A DNA stretch of 64,000 bases, taken from contig OX597815.1 in assembly GCA_951406725.2 (NCBI GenBank), positions 58,404,001 to 58,468,000 on the forward strand, read 5' to 3'. The notes under the pieces were generated by a model that made no database searches, was not told the DNA's origin, and saw nothing but the letters and a program-made list of their open reading frames with translations. A program made the translations under genes and the position numbers. Shown one piece after another: positions 49,400-63,224 of the stretch. The first letter of the stretch is position 1; each line of letters begins with the position of its first letter. This DNA is from Octopus vulgaris (taxonomy: Eukaryota).

Positions 49400-52300
49400 A
49401 TACGTCACTGAATTCAAAACATGATGTACCAAGGCTGTATGCTACCTGGCAAGCATTTTTGCAGATCTTTTCAGATACAGACAAAAGCCCCACAACAACC
49501 ACCTTCCCATTGTCCCTCAGAAGTACACAATTTTAAGGCCACAGCCATCAACGTTAGCACAATGAAGGGGAAATCTGGTGAGATTATCAAAATGATGGAG
49601 TGTCACCATGTCGAAGTGTGTGGTTTCAAAGAAGTAAGATGGAAAGGGGCCTCTACTAGATTCCTCACGGGTAAAAACAGAGGCTCAAATTCTTCTGGGT
49701 AAGAAGTTAAGGAGTGGGTGGTATGGGCATACTCTTAGCAGAAAAGTGGGTAGATAAGGTAATTAAACATTATTAAGTTGAGATTTATCATAGATAGATT
49801 AACAGTTACATTTATTTCTGGTTATGCTCCACATGCTGGCCTGCATGATATCCTGAAGGACCAATTTTATGAGGTCCTTTGGCAGAGTACTTCATCAACA
49901 AATGACAGTGACTTTGATATTGCGGCTGCCGACTTTAATGGACATATTGGGCAGCATTCCCATAGATTTCATGGAGTCCATGGTGGTTATAGCTTTGGAT
50001 CCAGGAATGAGGAGGGAAGAAGGCTACAGGAGTTCTGTGAGGCAAATGATCTCATGATCTGCAATACTAACTTCAGAAAACCTGTCAGACACCTAATCAC
50101 TTATCAGTCTGGTGGTAACACAAGCCAGGTCAATTACCTCTTCACCAAGCAATGAGATAAGCTGATGCACACAGATAGGTTACTAGGTAGTGACTTCAGA
50201 ATTACAGCTAGAGAGACTTAGAGAAATAAACCATACTGGAAAAGAAGATTGTGAAAGCTCAAAGACCCAGCAAACCAACAAAAATTTTGAGACATTCTAC
50301 TGGAAGCTTCGGATAATAGAGAAGAAGAGGAGTTGGGGACATATAGTTTAGACAATTAGAAGTTCCTGCAGGACAATTTACTGAGAGCAGCAGACCAAAT
50401 ATGTGGCTGATGCAAAGGCCCAACTAAACTGAGGGTGACATGGTGGTGGAACAAGGAGGTGGACAGTGCTATAAAAGCAGAGACAGGCCTGCAAAGACAG
50501 CAAAAATGGTGGAAGTAGAGAATTATATCAGGGACTCAGAAGGGAAGCTAGGCAACAGGTTTAAATAGCAAAAGGAATAGCAGAAGATAGGAAGTTTGCC
50601 AATAATCTACAGCATGAGGATCAGAGGCGAGAGGTGTTCAGGATTGCAAAGCAGTGTATCAGAGAGAATAGAGATGTGGTAGTTGAGAAATGTGTATGAA
50701 TGGATAATGGTATACTTGCACTGAGTGACTCAGAGAAGAAAGATGCATGGAGCTGCCATTATGAAAGATTATTAAATGTGGAGAATGATTGGGAGAAGGA
50801 GAGTCTTTCAAATATCAAACCTATCAAGGAGAGTCAGAGTTGATAGCAGTATAATAGATAAGGCAATTAAGAAAATGAAGGCTGGGAAAGCCCCTGGACC
50901 ATTGAGTATTGCTACCGAGATGATAAAAATATCCGATGATGTAGGATACAGCCTAGTCACTCACATAGTTAATCACCTTATTCAGGAAGGTGGCATCCAC
51001 CAAAGACTGATGTAACAGTATTATAGTTAGCTGCTATAAGGGTAAAGGTGATATGTTAGATGGAAACAACTACAAAAGTATCAAACTACTGGACCAGGTC
51101 ATGAAATTTATAGAGAGACTTATAGAATTACCCCATTAGTGTTCAGATTCATCTGTCAAATGTAATGCTTATCTGTTCACATTAATTTATATTTATTCAG
51201 ATTCAAGTGGGGTGTCCACAATATTTCCTTGTAACTTTCTTAATTTTCTACATACAGATTTGAAATTTTGTAAATGGGTGCTTATATGCCAGTTACATAA
51301 TTTTGGCTGATATTTTAGATTAAATTTGACTTTTATGGGCAGGTAAATTTAATTAATAGGTGTAAAAACAATAACATTATGAATAAACACTAAAATTCAT
51401 ATTCTTAATACATCTTACCTGTTTGATTTGTTACTAAAATTATCCCAGATGTTACCTGCCAACAATTTTACATTTTTCAAAATGAGGTACATTAATTTGA
51501 ATTAATTAAAATACAATTAATTAAAATACTATATTTCATTCAAACGTTTTCATTGAAAATAAAGTACAAAACTCTTTTACTAGTCAATATACCATTTACC
51601 AGTCAATATACAATTTAACAAATTCATTTACATAACAGAATGCATCTAATAAAAAAAATCTCGTTAACAGGTGAGACAAAGGTAAATACAGGTGTGTATC
51701 ATACTGAAAATTAATATGCATTTCTCACTTTCACATATTATTTACAATAAAATGAAAAGGAATATACAAAATTATATAGTTATGACATATTTCTGTCATG
51801 AAACTGCCCAAAGCACCCTTTACACAAAGGCACTTTGCAAAAGAAACACATATATGAAATTTCAATATGATACCCCTTTGCAGTTTTTCTTTTTTACAGT
51901 GAACACAGTCAGCAACTTTTTCCTTCCATTTATCTTTTCGACTTTATGAGAGTCAATATTTTCTCTGTGACATCCACCTCAGTTGATTTTGCTTTTCTCC
52001 CAGTTCTGTGCTTTCTAGAAGAAAAGCCCTCATGTAACTGAGATGTGATGTCAACCCAAAATTTCAAATGGTCATAGTCCTTTGGTGACAGAGGTACCTT
52101 GTGGCTTTTTACATATATAATATATCAATTTACTATAGTTAAATTAACTAAAAACCACAAAATGTACCTCCACCATTTCTTCCCAGGTCAACCAACTGGA
52201 TAATATGCCCGATATTGGTTGGATTTATCAACCCCACCCATATATTTCTTACAACAAATATTCACTAGGGGTTTCCCCACAGCACCAACACCAGATTGTT

Positions 52301-55300
52301 CATCAGAAGACAGAAATAAAATCTGTCATTGTCTTTGAAAGCAGTAGCTAATAAATTTTCTTTTTGCATTTGTAAAATGTCCCCTCTTTTTTATAATTTT
52401 GTTTTCATTTCACAGGGTAAACTTTTACGGTTTCCCATAACAATACTGCATATGTAAGTACATACACGAGCAAGATTTTCTGCCAAAGCCACTGAAGAAA
52501 AAAAAATAGCCAAAACAGAGGTGTCGGTGCTGATGGTGAAATGGTTCAGTAAGAGACCATACTACATCATGTCCTAATTCATATGGTCTGTTTCCATTAT
52601 ATTTTTCACCTGTGTAAACATCGAAGTTTATACAATATCCAGTCTTTGATTCACAAGCTTCCCATACCTTATCCCCCATTTACTAGGTTTGGTAGGCATG
52701 TATTGCTGAAAATGTACTCTGCTCTTATAGCCTATCATGGCTTCATCTACACTGAGATTTTTCCCAGGTAGATACACAGTTTTATAATTATTAACAAGTA
52801 AATCAATTACAGGACATACTTTTTACAGGGGATCATTTGGGTCATCTTTGCTGGGGGGGCATTAGCAGAATCAGTTAAGTGTAAATATTGAGATATTTTC
52901 GAATACCTCATCTTCGACATTATATTTGAGATATATGGATCACCATACCCTATATCAGGACTCCAGCAGTTCCACAGACAAGGAAGCTGTTTAATATCAA
53001 ACATAATATTTATTGTGAAAAACGCTCTCATTTCCGCAGTATAAGTTGGCTGCCATAGTGGATTGTTTCTTCCATGAATAGAAATTAAACATTACACATA
53101 TTTGTTCGTTTCCTCTGCAACATTTTCAAAAAAACTTTCAGGTAAAAATAAAAATTGATAGTCCAATGGTTACACTGTGGAGGTAAATTGTGTTGTGGAC
53201 CAGTGTTTTCTGTGAAATCAGGAATAGTGATTGGTGTTGTAATCTTTGACCATGTTGCCATGTTTATATAATTTTCATCACTTTCGTTCTCAAAATCTTG
53301 GATCACCATTCATCAAACCTTGTCTGATGAATAATCACTAATATCGATGTTAGATTCATCTGGAGACAAAATACTCTTGTTTTCATTTATATTTTCTATA
53401 TCGTCAAAAGTAAAACCTTCAAAGTCAAAATCGCTACTTGCTGACGCCATTTCTTTAAAAACTAAGGTACAGACTTCTCTTCAAATGTTGAAAAAAACCA
53501 CGTGGTCTAAACAATTTCACAGTATTTATACTTTAATAAAGATGGAAAAAGCTTCATCTCACATTATCTCAAAGCTACAAGAATTCAATAATGTGATTTG
53601 TTTATTTTCTTAGCGATTTCGTAAAGCAGTCGGATATGGCCAGCTTGAACAAATAAAGGGGAATTAATTTTGGCTGATTACGGCCGGTTTGAACACTAAA
53701 GGGTTAAACTAGATGAGATGCAGTTTGGTTTTTTTTCCAGGGAGAAGTACCATAGATGCCATTTTCCGTGTGAGGCAGTTGCAAGAAAAGAATTTGGCCA
53801 AAAGTGAATCATTGTACTTAGCTTTTGTTGACCTGAAGAAATCTTTTGACAGGGTTCTCCACTCTATTATCTGGTGGTCTCTAAGGGAGCTAAGAGTAGA
53901 GGAGTGGCTTGTGAGAGCTGTACAAGCCATGTACAGCGATACAGTCAGGAAGATGAGAGTCGGCCATGAATACAGTGATGAATTTAGTGTACAAGTTGGA
54001 GTTCACTAGGGATCAGTTCTTAGTCCACTCTTATTCATCATAGTTCTCCAGGCCATAAAAGAGGAATACAAAGTCGGATGCCCATGGAAACTGCAATATG
54101 CTAATGACCTCACACTTATTGCAGAATATGAAGCAGAACTGGAGAAGTTCCAGGTATGGAAGCAAAACCTGGAATCAATGAGCCTTAAAGTTAACCTAGC
54201 AAAAACTAAAGTTGTTGTAGGCAAGAAAGCAGATAAGGCTCTCTTTCCATCAGGTAATTGGCTCTGCGCAATGTGTAGGAAAGGAATGAGAAATAATTCC
54301 ATTTGTTGCACCCTGTGTAAGCCACAGATGCATAAGAGATGCAGTGGAATCACAGATAGGTTAACAGATAAAGTCACTTTCATGTGTGGCAGATGTGCAA
54401 GAAGAATAAGCACTAAGAGCATGCGGGACTCAGACTCTCTCAAATGTCCAGGCACCTCTCTTGAGGTTGTAGATATTTTCTGCTACTTAGGTGACCAAAG
54501 TAGTGGTGGATGCTCAGAAAGTATCATTTCTAGAATAAGAATAGGATGGAGGAGGTTCAGAGAACGACTACCTCAGCTGAAAACAAAAGGACTTTCAGAA
54601 TGAAAGCTAGATTTTATGTTTGTATACGAATGGCTATACTCCCTGGTGGTGAGACATGGGCTCTGAATGTGGAGGACATATGTAGACTGGAGAGGAATGA
54701 AGATAGTTCGCTCTGTTGGATTTGTAACATCAGTGTACATGGCTGAGAAAGTGCCACTATGTTTATACCTAACTACGGTTAGGTATAAGAGGAATTAAAT
54801 GTGGTATGCAGGAGAATTTATTAGTTTGGACATGTGATGCATATGAGTAAAGGCAACTGTATACAGAAGTACATCATCAAAAGTGGATGGTACCTGTAGA
54901 ACAGGGTGACTCAGGAAGACATGGGATGAAGTGGTGAGGACTGATCTCAGGATGTTAGGGCTCATGGAGGAAATGACAATGGACTGAGATGTCTTGAGAA
55001 AAGACAACAGCAAAACTGAGTGCTAGAAGCACTGTGTCCCACCCACATGTAACAATATAAAATTTTTACAACCTACCTCAAGAAACCAAACTACATTTCC
55101 TCTTCTAAACTGCATCTTTTTCTTCCTCACAAACTACAATTGTCTCCCACTCCCCTACCCTGCCCTCACTATCCTGCTCACTGTATTGTTGCTTCCCCAC
55201 CACCTTTATACCAAAGTTTTCACCAGTAACAGCAGCCTCCACTTTCTACTCGTGCCTTCTTGGCAATACCTGGCCATGTACATTATGACCTCCATACCTT

Positions 55301-56044
55301 GAAAGCATGCCCAGACAACTGCCAGTATTTATATCTCTCTTCCTTATTCTACCATCCCATCTATGCTCTGATCCTTGTTACTTGTGAGCATACCCTAGCA
55401 CTTCACTACTATCTCTTTCCTGCTCTCTTGCACTTTTGCTGTTTCTCTCTCTCTCTCTCCCTTGCTCTTCCTTCTGGCTGGGTAGCCATGTATCTTCTCT
55501 ACAGCAGCACACCTGTTTCTGTCCTCTTTCTTGTACCTCTCTATCCCTTTCTTTTTCTCTCTCTCTCTGGCTGGGTAACCATGTACCCCCTCTATAATAA
55601 GAAACGCATTTCTGCATCTATTTCTCTGTCACACTCTAACCTTTCATCATCTGACACAAGGTCACCTCTTCCAATGCCCCCTCCTCTATAGCAAGACATC
55701 TGTTTCTGCCTCTCTGTAACCTTTCATTATCTGATAAAATATCCCCTCCTCTAATGCCTTCTGCCCTCTTGAAATTCCATGACTTGTAAGTTACTTGGTG
55801 ACCCTGCCAGTGATGGGGCCACCTAAAAAGCACCCAGTCCACACTGTAAAGTGGTTAGCATTTCAAAGAACATCCAGCTGTAAAAATCAGGCCAAAACTG
55901 GCCTCATCAGTATTGGTGCCATGTAAAAAACACTCAAAACAGATGCAGTAGCCTGGGGTAGTCTTCCAACTAACCAATTCTTGTCAACTGTACCACCACT
56001 CATGCATGCATGGAAGATGGACATTAAACAACAATGATGATGAT
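49400..56044 (+). mobile_element. Older near-full-length RTE LINE (APE plus RT) split by piggyBac
   Basis: APE motifs NVSTMKG, EVRWKG, YAP, DFNGHIG; RT resumes after 53707; 3'UTR and (GAT)n tail. Confidence 0.88.
51132..53703 (-). mobile_element. Full-span decayed piggyBac nested in RTE
   Basis: TIRs CCC(A/T)TTAGTGTTCA with TTAC/TTAA flanks; same family as 16401-19157; NLSVDEAMIGYK and YMVGVDKSNQ motifs. Confidence 0.9.
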
Positions 56045-56159
56045 ATATATAGATATATATACATACATAAATATACAGACACACTCAAACACATACACAC
56101 ACACATATGTGTGTGTGTGTATATACATACAAATATATAGTTGAAAAGGGGTTAAGAGT

Positions 56160-56730
56160 CCATACAAATAAAAAATTATGGTTAAAAAAATTAATTAAGT
56201 TGGAAAAGACACAAAAGGATATTTTAGAGAATGTTTAATATTTTTGTTACAGTGGTTTTCATGTATTCATCTCATCAAATATTAAAAATAATTTTTTTGG
56301 AAGTCAAAGAGAAAAAAAAGTTGGGTGTTAATCCATGTTTTAGTGTATTGTGAAATTTTACTTTAGAGTCACTTCTTATATATGTTTCATCTATGTAGGT
56401 TTGAGGTGGGGTTCAAGAGTTCAAGTTTCAGGAATTTTATTGAAAAGAAGTCTTTTGAACTGAATAGTAGTTTCTATTCAGGATATGGCCAGCTGTGTGT
56501 GTGTGTGTGTGTGTTTTGGAATATATTGTCAAAACATTTTTCTTTTTTTCTATTGAGAAAATATGGTCAATGGTTCAGTGGGGTTTTTTTTTGGATAGAT
56601 GTAATTTGTCATTGCCAATTTTAAGGAGCATTTCCAAAAACTGGGTTGTAGTCTGACCAGTCTGTTGATGATGAGTTGTTTCAATTGGACATGTAACCAA
56701 AGGAGGGATTTTTTAAGGCAGACATTAAAT
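56160..56730 (-). mobile_element. Decayed Penelope-like 3' fragment
   Basis: TGQTTT.F GIY-YIG-like remnant; degenerate TTGATGA-GATG-AATA-CAT-GAAAAC motif near 56245-56280. Confidence 0.4.
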
Positions 56731-58600
56731 TCATCAGTGGGTGGTCCTTTGGGTATGATAGGCAGAGTTTGTCAAAAATCTCCTGCAAAAAGTAGAATCG
56801 CACCTCCAACGATGTTGTTCAATCTAAGGTCACTCATTATGATATCAAGTACTTGTAGGGAACTTTTATAGGACATAGTTGCTTCATCCCAATCAATGAG
56901 TTAGCACTTTTTCAAAATTGTCACTTCGTCCAAGGAATGCATTATGTGGCAGGTTGAGTTTTCTTGATGTGCTACATTGAAAGGCAATCTGAAGGTAGAG
57001 TGTGCTGTTCGTCTGCCATTGAGAAGAGTTGAGGCTATTCCTGAGGAGACAACAGTAATAGCAAGATCACCAATATGCTGCAACTTTGCAATTAGAAGAT
57101 TCAGGAGGAATGTTTTTCCAGTTCCACCGGGTGCATTTAAGATGATTCCACCAGTGTGTGTGGGTGTAGATGTTTCTGAGAACAAAATTGTATACGTCAG
57201 CTTGATCGCAATTCAGAAGGGGCTCATTGTCAGCATTGTACTGTTTCAGTTTGTGGATGTTATAGGATATTTCTCTGAAAATGAAGCAATTGAGATAGGA
57301 GTTTTCATTTGTCTGGAGTACTGAGAGAATAAGTGTCCAATGGTTGACCTCCAATTGCCATAACCAAGTCTTCCGAGAGAAGAAGCTCTCTGCTAAATGG
57401 CAGGGGTAGTGGGAGTGTCCATAATACCTATGATTTGGCAAGTCTGCTGCAAAATATCATGGCACATTGAGTCTTTGTATTTATTCCGTAGTGAATGTGG
57501 CTGTCACATTGCAGAAAACCAGCATTATTGCAAAAAGGTGTCAGAGCGTATATGAAGAACGACACAGAGAGTGCATTATTATATTGATCATCTGTATCCA
57601 AAAGTTTGGAGCAGGCATCTTTGAAGTGCCGCATAAATGGGTGTCCACTGTGCGAAGGACATCAAAGGAGGTTGGTCACTTAATGACATGAAACAAGAGC
57701 TGCAGATGGAAGCAGTTGGTGTTCAAGGGGTGAACTGTGTAGACACGTCCGATTGTGCCATCTTTGTACACGGTTGGATCCAACTATGTAGGCTGGCCTT
57801 GTTTTTGCCGTTGCTACTGGGAAGGTGATTAATTCCATGTATAATAATGTGGTACTTCAGTTTACAAAACAGACTCTGTGAAGGGGTCGACTTTGTATAG
57901 GTGAAAGAAAGTCGTGAGAGTGGTCTTTGGTGCGGCAACTGTTTGTTGAATGAGGTTGTTTTCTGTGAAGTAAATTCGCTGCCTATTTTCCAAATGAACA
58001 CCGAGATGAATCACAGGAGGGTATTGTTCATGACTTGGGCCTAAGGTTCTCCATATGGCTTCATTGGTGGATATGTGGTGTCCAGTTTCGAAAAGAGTCA
58101 CTTGATCATTTGTGAAATCTGTTTATCATGTAGATTTTATTTGGAAAACAGCTCTGTCTGATTCTTTCGTAATGTACTTGCATACATAACATATATAGAT
58201 TTGCCACAATTACAGAATTCTATGTTGATGTGTACATGAAAAGTTTTGCAGAGCATCTTGTCAGCCAACTGTCAACCAAAAAAGTGTAGTGAGGGATACA
58301 AATGTAAGGGAGAAAATCAATTTCTGAATGTTACTTTGCAAAGAGTTACTTCCTTTGTCCACAACAGTCACGTACAACAGAAATGGAGGTTTTTCTGACC
58401 CATTCCGACCCATTACTCCATAAGTGAAAAATCTAAAGAGTGTAGAACCATCTGTGGAACATAACTGATGTATGTGCGAAGTGTGAAGGAAATCGGATTA
58501 ACAATATTGATTTTAAGTGAGTTCAACTAAATGGCCTGTCACACACACACACACATATATGTACATATACATATATATATATATATATATACATACATAT
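56730..58600 (-). mobile_element. Decayed, deleted Helitron
   Basis: APGGTGKTFL, SSGIASTLLNGRRTAHSTFRLP, EAIWR, VHLEN.QRIYF; 5' region with CCGATTTCCTTCACACTT typical of Helitron heads. Confidence 0.85.
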
Positions 58601-58662
58601 ATGCATATATACATACATATATGCATATATATATCTATATATATATATATATATATATACAT

Positions 58663-58693
<31 letters not shown>

Positions 58694-58711
58694 CATACAT
58701 ATATACATACA
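58540..58711. repeat. Compound (TA)/(CA)/(TACA) microsatellite, representative of many in the window
   Basis: Directly visible; similar tracts at 1516-1630, 2104-2162, 13522-13590, 32798-32857, 33413-33494, 39086-39203 and 43428-43491. Confidence 0.95.
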
Positions 58712-60104
58712 TAAGTCATCTCATAAGTTCTGTCCAATTTTACCTTTTTTAAAATGGAAAGAAATTTAATAGTATTTTACAATGTCTAATGGAATTAAAA
58801 ATTATTTTTATGCATTTGTGTACATTTAACCTAATTAGATATTATTTTACAGAATAATTCTATGATTAAAACCCTTTCTAACATGGAAGTATCCAAAGGG
58901 TATTTGAGGCACATAATGCTTTATGAGTACAAAAAAGGAATTTCTGCAGCTGAAGCAACTTGAAACAGATGCTCAGTTTATGGGAAAGAATGCTTGAATG
59001 AAAGAACTTTCAGCCTTGAAAATTAAGATCGAACAGGATGTCCAGCCAGTTGAATTTGATGATAAGCTCCTTGAGTCATTACTTGAAGAAAATCCTGCAT
59101 TATCAGTTGAAGAACTGGCAATAAAGCTTATTTCAAACCATACAACTGTTCATCGTCATCTTCAACAACTTGGAAAGGTTCCTAATCTTGGAAAATTGGT
59201 GTCTCATGAATTGTTCGAAAGCAACGGCAAATTCCGAGTTTACATCTGATCTTCTCTTTATTCTCGTGAACTCACTTCACCCTTTCTTTTTTTTTTTGTA
59301 ACTGGTGATGAAAAATGGATCTTTTATCGAAATGTTAAATGTCGTAAACAATGGCTTGGTAAAAGGGAAAAAGCTCAACCACAACCAAGAAGAGAACTTC
59401 ATGGGGAAAAGGTTCTTCTCTCTATCTGGTGGCATTGCCAAGGAGTAATTCACTTTGAATTGATACCACCTAATGCAACAATCAATGCTCAAGTCTACTG
59501 TCAGCAATTAGTGCGTTTGAACCAAGCTTTGAAGCAAAAAAGACCGGCTTTAGTGAATCAAAAAAGAGTGATGTTTCATCAGGACAATGCGTGACCCCAC
59601 ACTGCAAAGATCACATCACAGAAGAGCAAAGAGCTTGGTTGGGGAAAAATTCCTCATCCACCTTATTTTCTCGGCCTTGCTCCTTCAGACTACTGTTTCT
59701 TTTGTAGATTACAGAATCATTTGGGGGACATAACTTCCATAAACCAGGTGGAGGTCGAAACTGACATTTCAGAGTTCTTCGCTTTGAAACCAAAATAGTT
59801 TTTACATTGATGGGATTAAAAAGCTTGTAAATAGATGGAAGGAAGTGATAGATAATCAGGGAATGGACATTGATGATTAAATTTCAATTAAATATAACAT
59901 GTTATATTTACACCTGTTATTAAATATAACATAGGTGTAGGAGTGGCTGTGTGGTAAGTAGCTTGATTACCAACCACATGGTTCTGGGTTCAGTCCCACT
60001 GCATGGCACCTTGGGCAAGTATCTTTTACTATAGCCTCGGGCCGACCAAAGCCTTGTGAGTGGATTTGGTAGACAGAAACTGAAAGAAGCCTGTCGTATA
60101 TATG

Positions 60105-60165
<61 letters not shown>

Positions 60166-60445
60166 ATGTGTGTATGTTTGTGTGTCTGTGTTTGTCCCCC
60201 CAACATCGCTTGACAACCGATGCTGGTGTGTTTATGTCCCCGTAACTTAGCGGTTCGGCAAAAGAGACCGATAGAATAAGTACTAGGCTTACAAAAGAAT
60301 AAGTCCTGGGGTCGATTTGCTTGACTAAAAGGTGGTGCTCCAGCATGACCACAGTCAAATGACTGAAACAAGTAAAAGAATAAAGAGTATTTGATCACTT
60401 GTTTTCTTTATTCAAAATTCGAGCAGAACTTGTGGGATCACCTGA
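58712..60445 (+). mobile_element. Full-span decayed mariner with SINE inserted before the 3' TIR
   Basis: TIRs GTCATCTCATAAGTTCTG / CAGAACTTGTGGGATCAC; VTGDEKWI, FHQDNA, HPPYF.GLAPSDY motifs. Confidence 0.88.
59932..60389 (+). mobile_element. tRNA-derived SINE (family B), full length
   Basis: Near-identical to 2162-2553. Confidence 0.9.
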
Positions 60446-60559
60446 TACATATTACACAGACACATATATATACACAGATATATAAATATATGTGTGTGTA
60501 TATATATATATATACATACATACATACATACATACATACACATAAATATATGTATATAC

Positions 60560-62960
60560 TGCTACCAGTCCATAAACCCAGTTCTACTAAACAAGACACT
60601 AATATTTGTTAAGAGCAACTCCATAGATATGATTTTGGCTGCTATGACCACTATAATAGAATACAGAGTCAAGCTCTGGATTTGATCAGACAGAGCTGAC
60701 TCATTTAACACAACAATGGGGTCTATTGACTCTGCCCAAAACACGGATATAGTAAGCATACAGCTATTATCACAAATAGAATCTTGGCTGCTGAGCAGGG
60801 GGGGGGGAGAGTTTATAGAGATGACACATTGTTCACTATACAAAAGTAGTAGTAATGTAGAAATAGAAAAATGCAAGAAATAACTTTTTTAATTCTTTAA
60901 GAACTTTGGATTAGAAAGTAGTAAAATTCCTAAACATAAAGCTTAGCCTCATTGATGGCAAGTTTGAACCGTTCCATAAGCTGAATGATAACTTAAAATA
61001 TGTGAGCTGAGGATCCAATCACCAAGATCATATAATGTGAAACAGCCCAAGAAGCGTGGGCAATAGAATATCCAGACTATCCACAAATGAATGGGTATTT
61101 AATATGCACACTGAATGTTACAACTCAGTACTGGCTACAGTGGGATATAAGTATAGTATAGTTTATATACAGAATAAGACAGAGAAAGCACGATATCCAG
61201 AGGGCATTATTGATAGTGGGGATAATCATATAAATAACTGCAGAATACCAGAACCTAGAACAATAGTAAATATAATAGGGGTCAAAAGGGAAAGAAAAAC
61301 TCATAACACTAAAAGTGCTATATATGGCGTTAGGAAGGGCATCCAGCTGTAGAAACTCTGCCAGATCAGACTGGAGTCTGGTGCGCCAGACCTGTCAAAT
61401 CGTCCAACCCATGCTAGCATGGAAAGCAGACGTTAAATGATGATGATGATGATGATATATATATAATAGAACCCGTGAAACTACAGCCAAAGTTAGAAAG
61501 AAGTGCACTGTTAAACACTAATAGCAATAACGATAACAAAGCAGCAAAATACACTAACAAGCCCAATAGATATATTAAAAATGAAAAAATAACTGATGAA
61601 ATTATATGGTTTAACACAATCTTCAATTCACTTCCCAAGATCTTCCAAATATCACAAAATCATCAACAGACATTATGTAAAATTAGCATATGTGACCTCT
61701 CACAATCTAGAATACCACATACACAAACTAAATAGCTTAAAACTAAACAGAATAAAACTGGAGGGGAAATACAAAGCAACCACAGCTAGTAACACTGTAT
61801 ATGGCAATGGGATGGTTGCTCGTAGGAGTAATAAAAGCTCATCAATAGTAAAAAGGATCCAAACAACATTACACAATTAAAGGTACAATCTATACATAAA
61901 GAAAATAATTACAGGAAGAAGAAGAGGACCACCATCGGAAGAACAGAAAAAATATCATGTGTAACTGCAGATGTAAAGAGGAATGCAGATTTAACAACTA
62001 CATGATAAGGAATGCAGTGTACAAATATAAGGCGAAGACAGGTATGCAAATATACATGTACATAGGTGGCGCTGCAGACCCCATGAAAAAGTCATCATCA
62101 TTTTCCAATATAAATAAAAGGCATTCCACATCTCTATCAAACTCCATCTGGTGGCTGAAACAGAATGGAGTGGATCACACCCATTGGCCCATTATTAAAA
62201 ATGCTGCACCATATAATGGAATATCATAGGTATTCAACTTATGCCTAGAAGAAAACCTGGAAATCATCACATCCGCGGAAAATGTATTAAATAGGCACTC
62301 TGAAGTGATCATATGTAAACATAAGAACAAAACGCTATTTCTGGAATTTGAAAAAAATATTTTGTAATGAAATAACACATTATAGAACAGGGAAGGAACC
62401 CAAACAAATAAACCAGCCAATATTTAGGATGTTATACACTATACCACCAGAAACAATGAAAAGGTCCATAAGAAAGTGTTGTTTATCAATTCAGTCAATA
62501 AACACCAACAGCTGGTGGCTGTAGTAGCAGTACCAGATGACATATTGACATCAGAATTCATTTAAGGTTGTCATGCCTTAAACAAAATCAAATGAAAGTA
62601 TGTGCTACCCATCTTTGACATCTGCTGAATGAATAGCAAAATAACACCACCACATACACCTCCATCCCCATATAACTACCATTCCTTCTCTTTCTATCAC
62701 CTTCCCCTCCTCCCCACCAAATATACACAGAAATACCCATATAACCTGCTTAACCTTCATACTGGTAAAAATTGATATGCATCCCTCTGTTGTACATCCA
62801 TTAATGTTATATCACCTGAAGAAATGAATCCATGAAGATGATCAACCCAATGGACTGCACTGTAATCATCCCAGAAATATGGATTGTGATCTTAAGCAAC
62901 ATGTGACTTGTGGAAATGCACATAGCAATGCATTAAATGTTTATAAATTCCATGCAAAGA
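60560..62960 (+). mobile_element. Decayed Naiad/Chlamys-type Penelope-like element (RT plus GIY-YIG)
   Basis: FNTTMGSIDSAQ, GVYRDD, PFHKLNDNLKYVS*GSNH, RISRLSTNE.VFN, IIWFN, CNCRCKEEC, YIGG, STSLSNSIWWLK, NLCLEE, CKHKNK; RTE tail inserted at about 61325-61455. Confidence 0.82.
62811..62890 (+). ncRNA. Hammerhead motif with extended stem II at the 3' end of the Penelope-like element
   Basis: ATCAC-CTGAAGA-[51 nt including GATGAT/ATCATC]-GAAA-T-ATGG-A-TT^GTGAT; perfect 5-bp stem I. Confidence 0.55.
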
Positions 62961-63152
62961 TTATTGTTAATATATTTATACTACATTATATCAGTACTGC
63001 TCGATGCAACTCTGAAAAACGTATTCACCGGTCAGCATCATTAGACTGAGGCTGGCATAATAGAATAGGAGCTTTATTTGCATATTCAAAACTTTTCCCA
63101 TAAACAAATTTAAAAGATATGTATACATACACACACACACACCTATGTATAT

Positions 63153-63211
63153 ATTCTTTTATTCCTTTATTTATTTCAGTCATGTGGCTGTGATCATGCT
63201 GGAGCACCACT
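63153..63211 (-). mobile_element. SINE family B tail fragment
   Basis: ATTTCAGTCATGTGGCTGTGATCATGCTGGAGCACC. Confidence 0.6.
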
Positions 63212-63224
63212 CTGATTTTGCACT

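Noticed and set aside
61957-62610. Selenocysteine recoding in the Naiad-like copy
   Set aside because: Visible Cys columns are TGT/TGC (one TTC), not TGA; the downstream ATGA stem lacks the 3' GA quartet.
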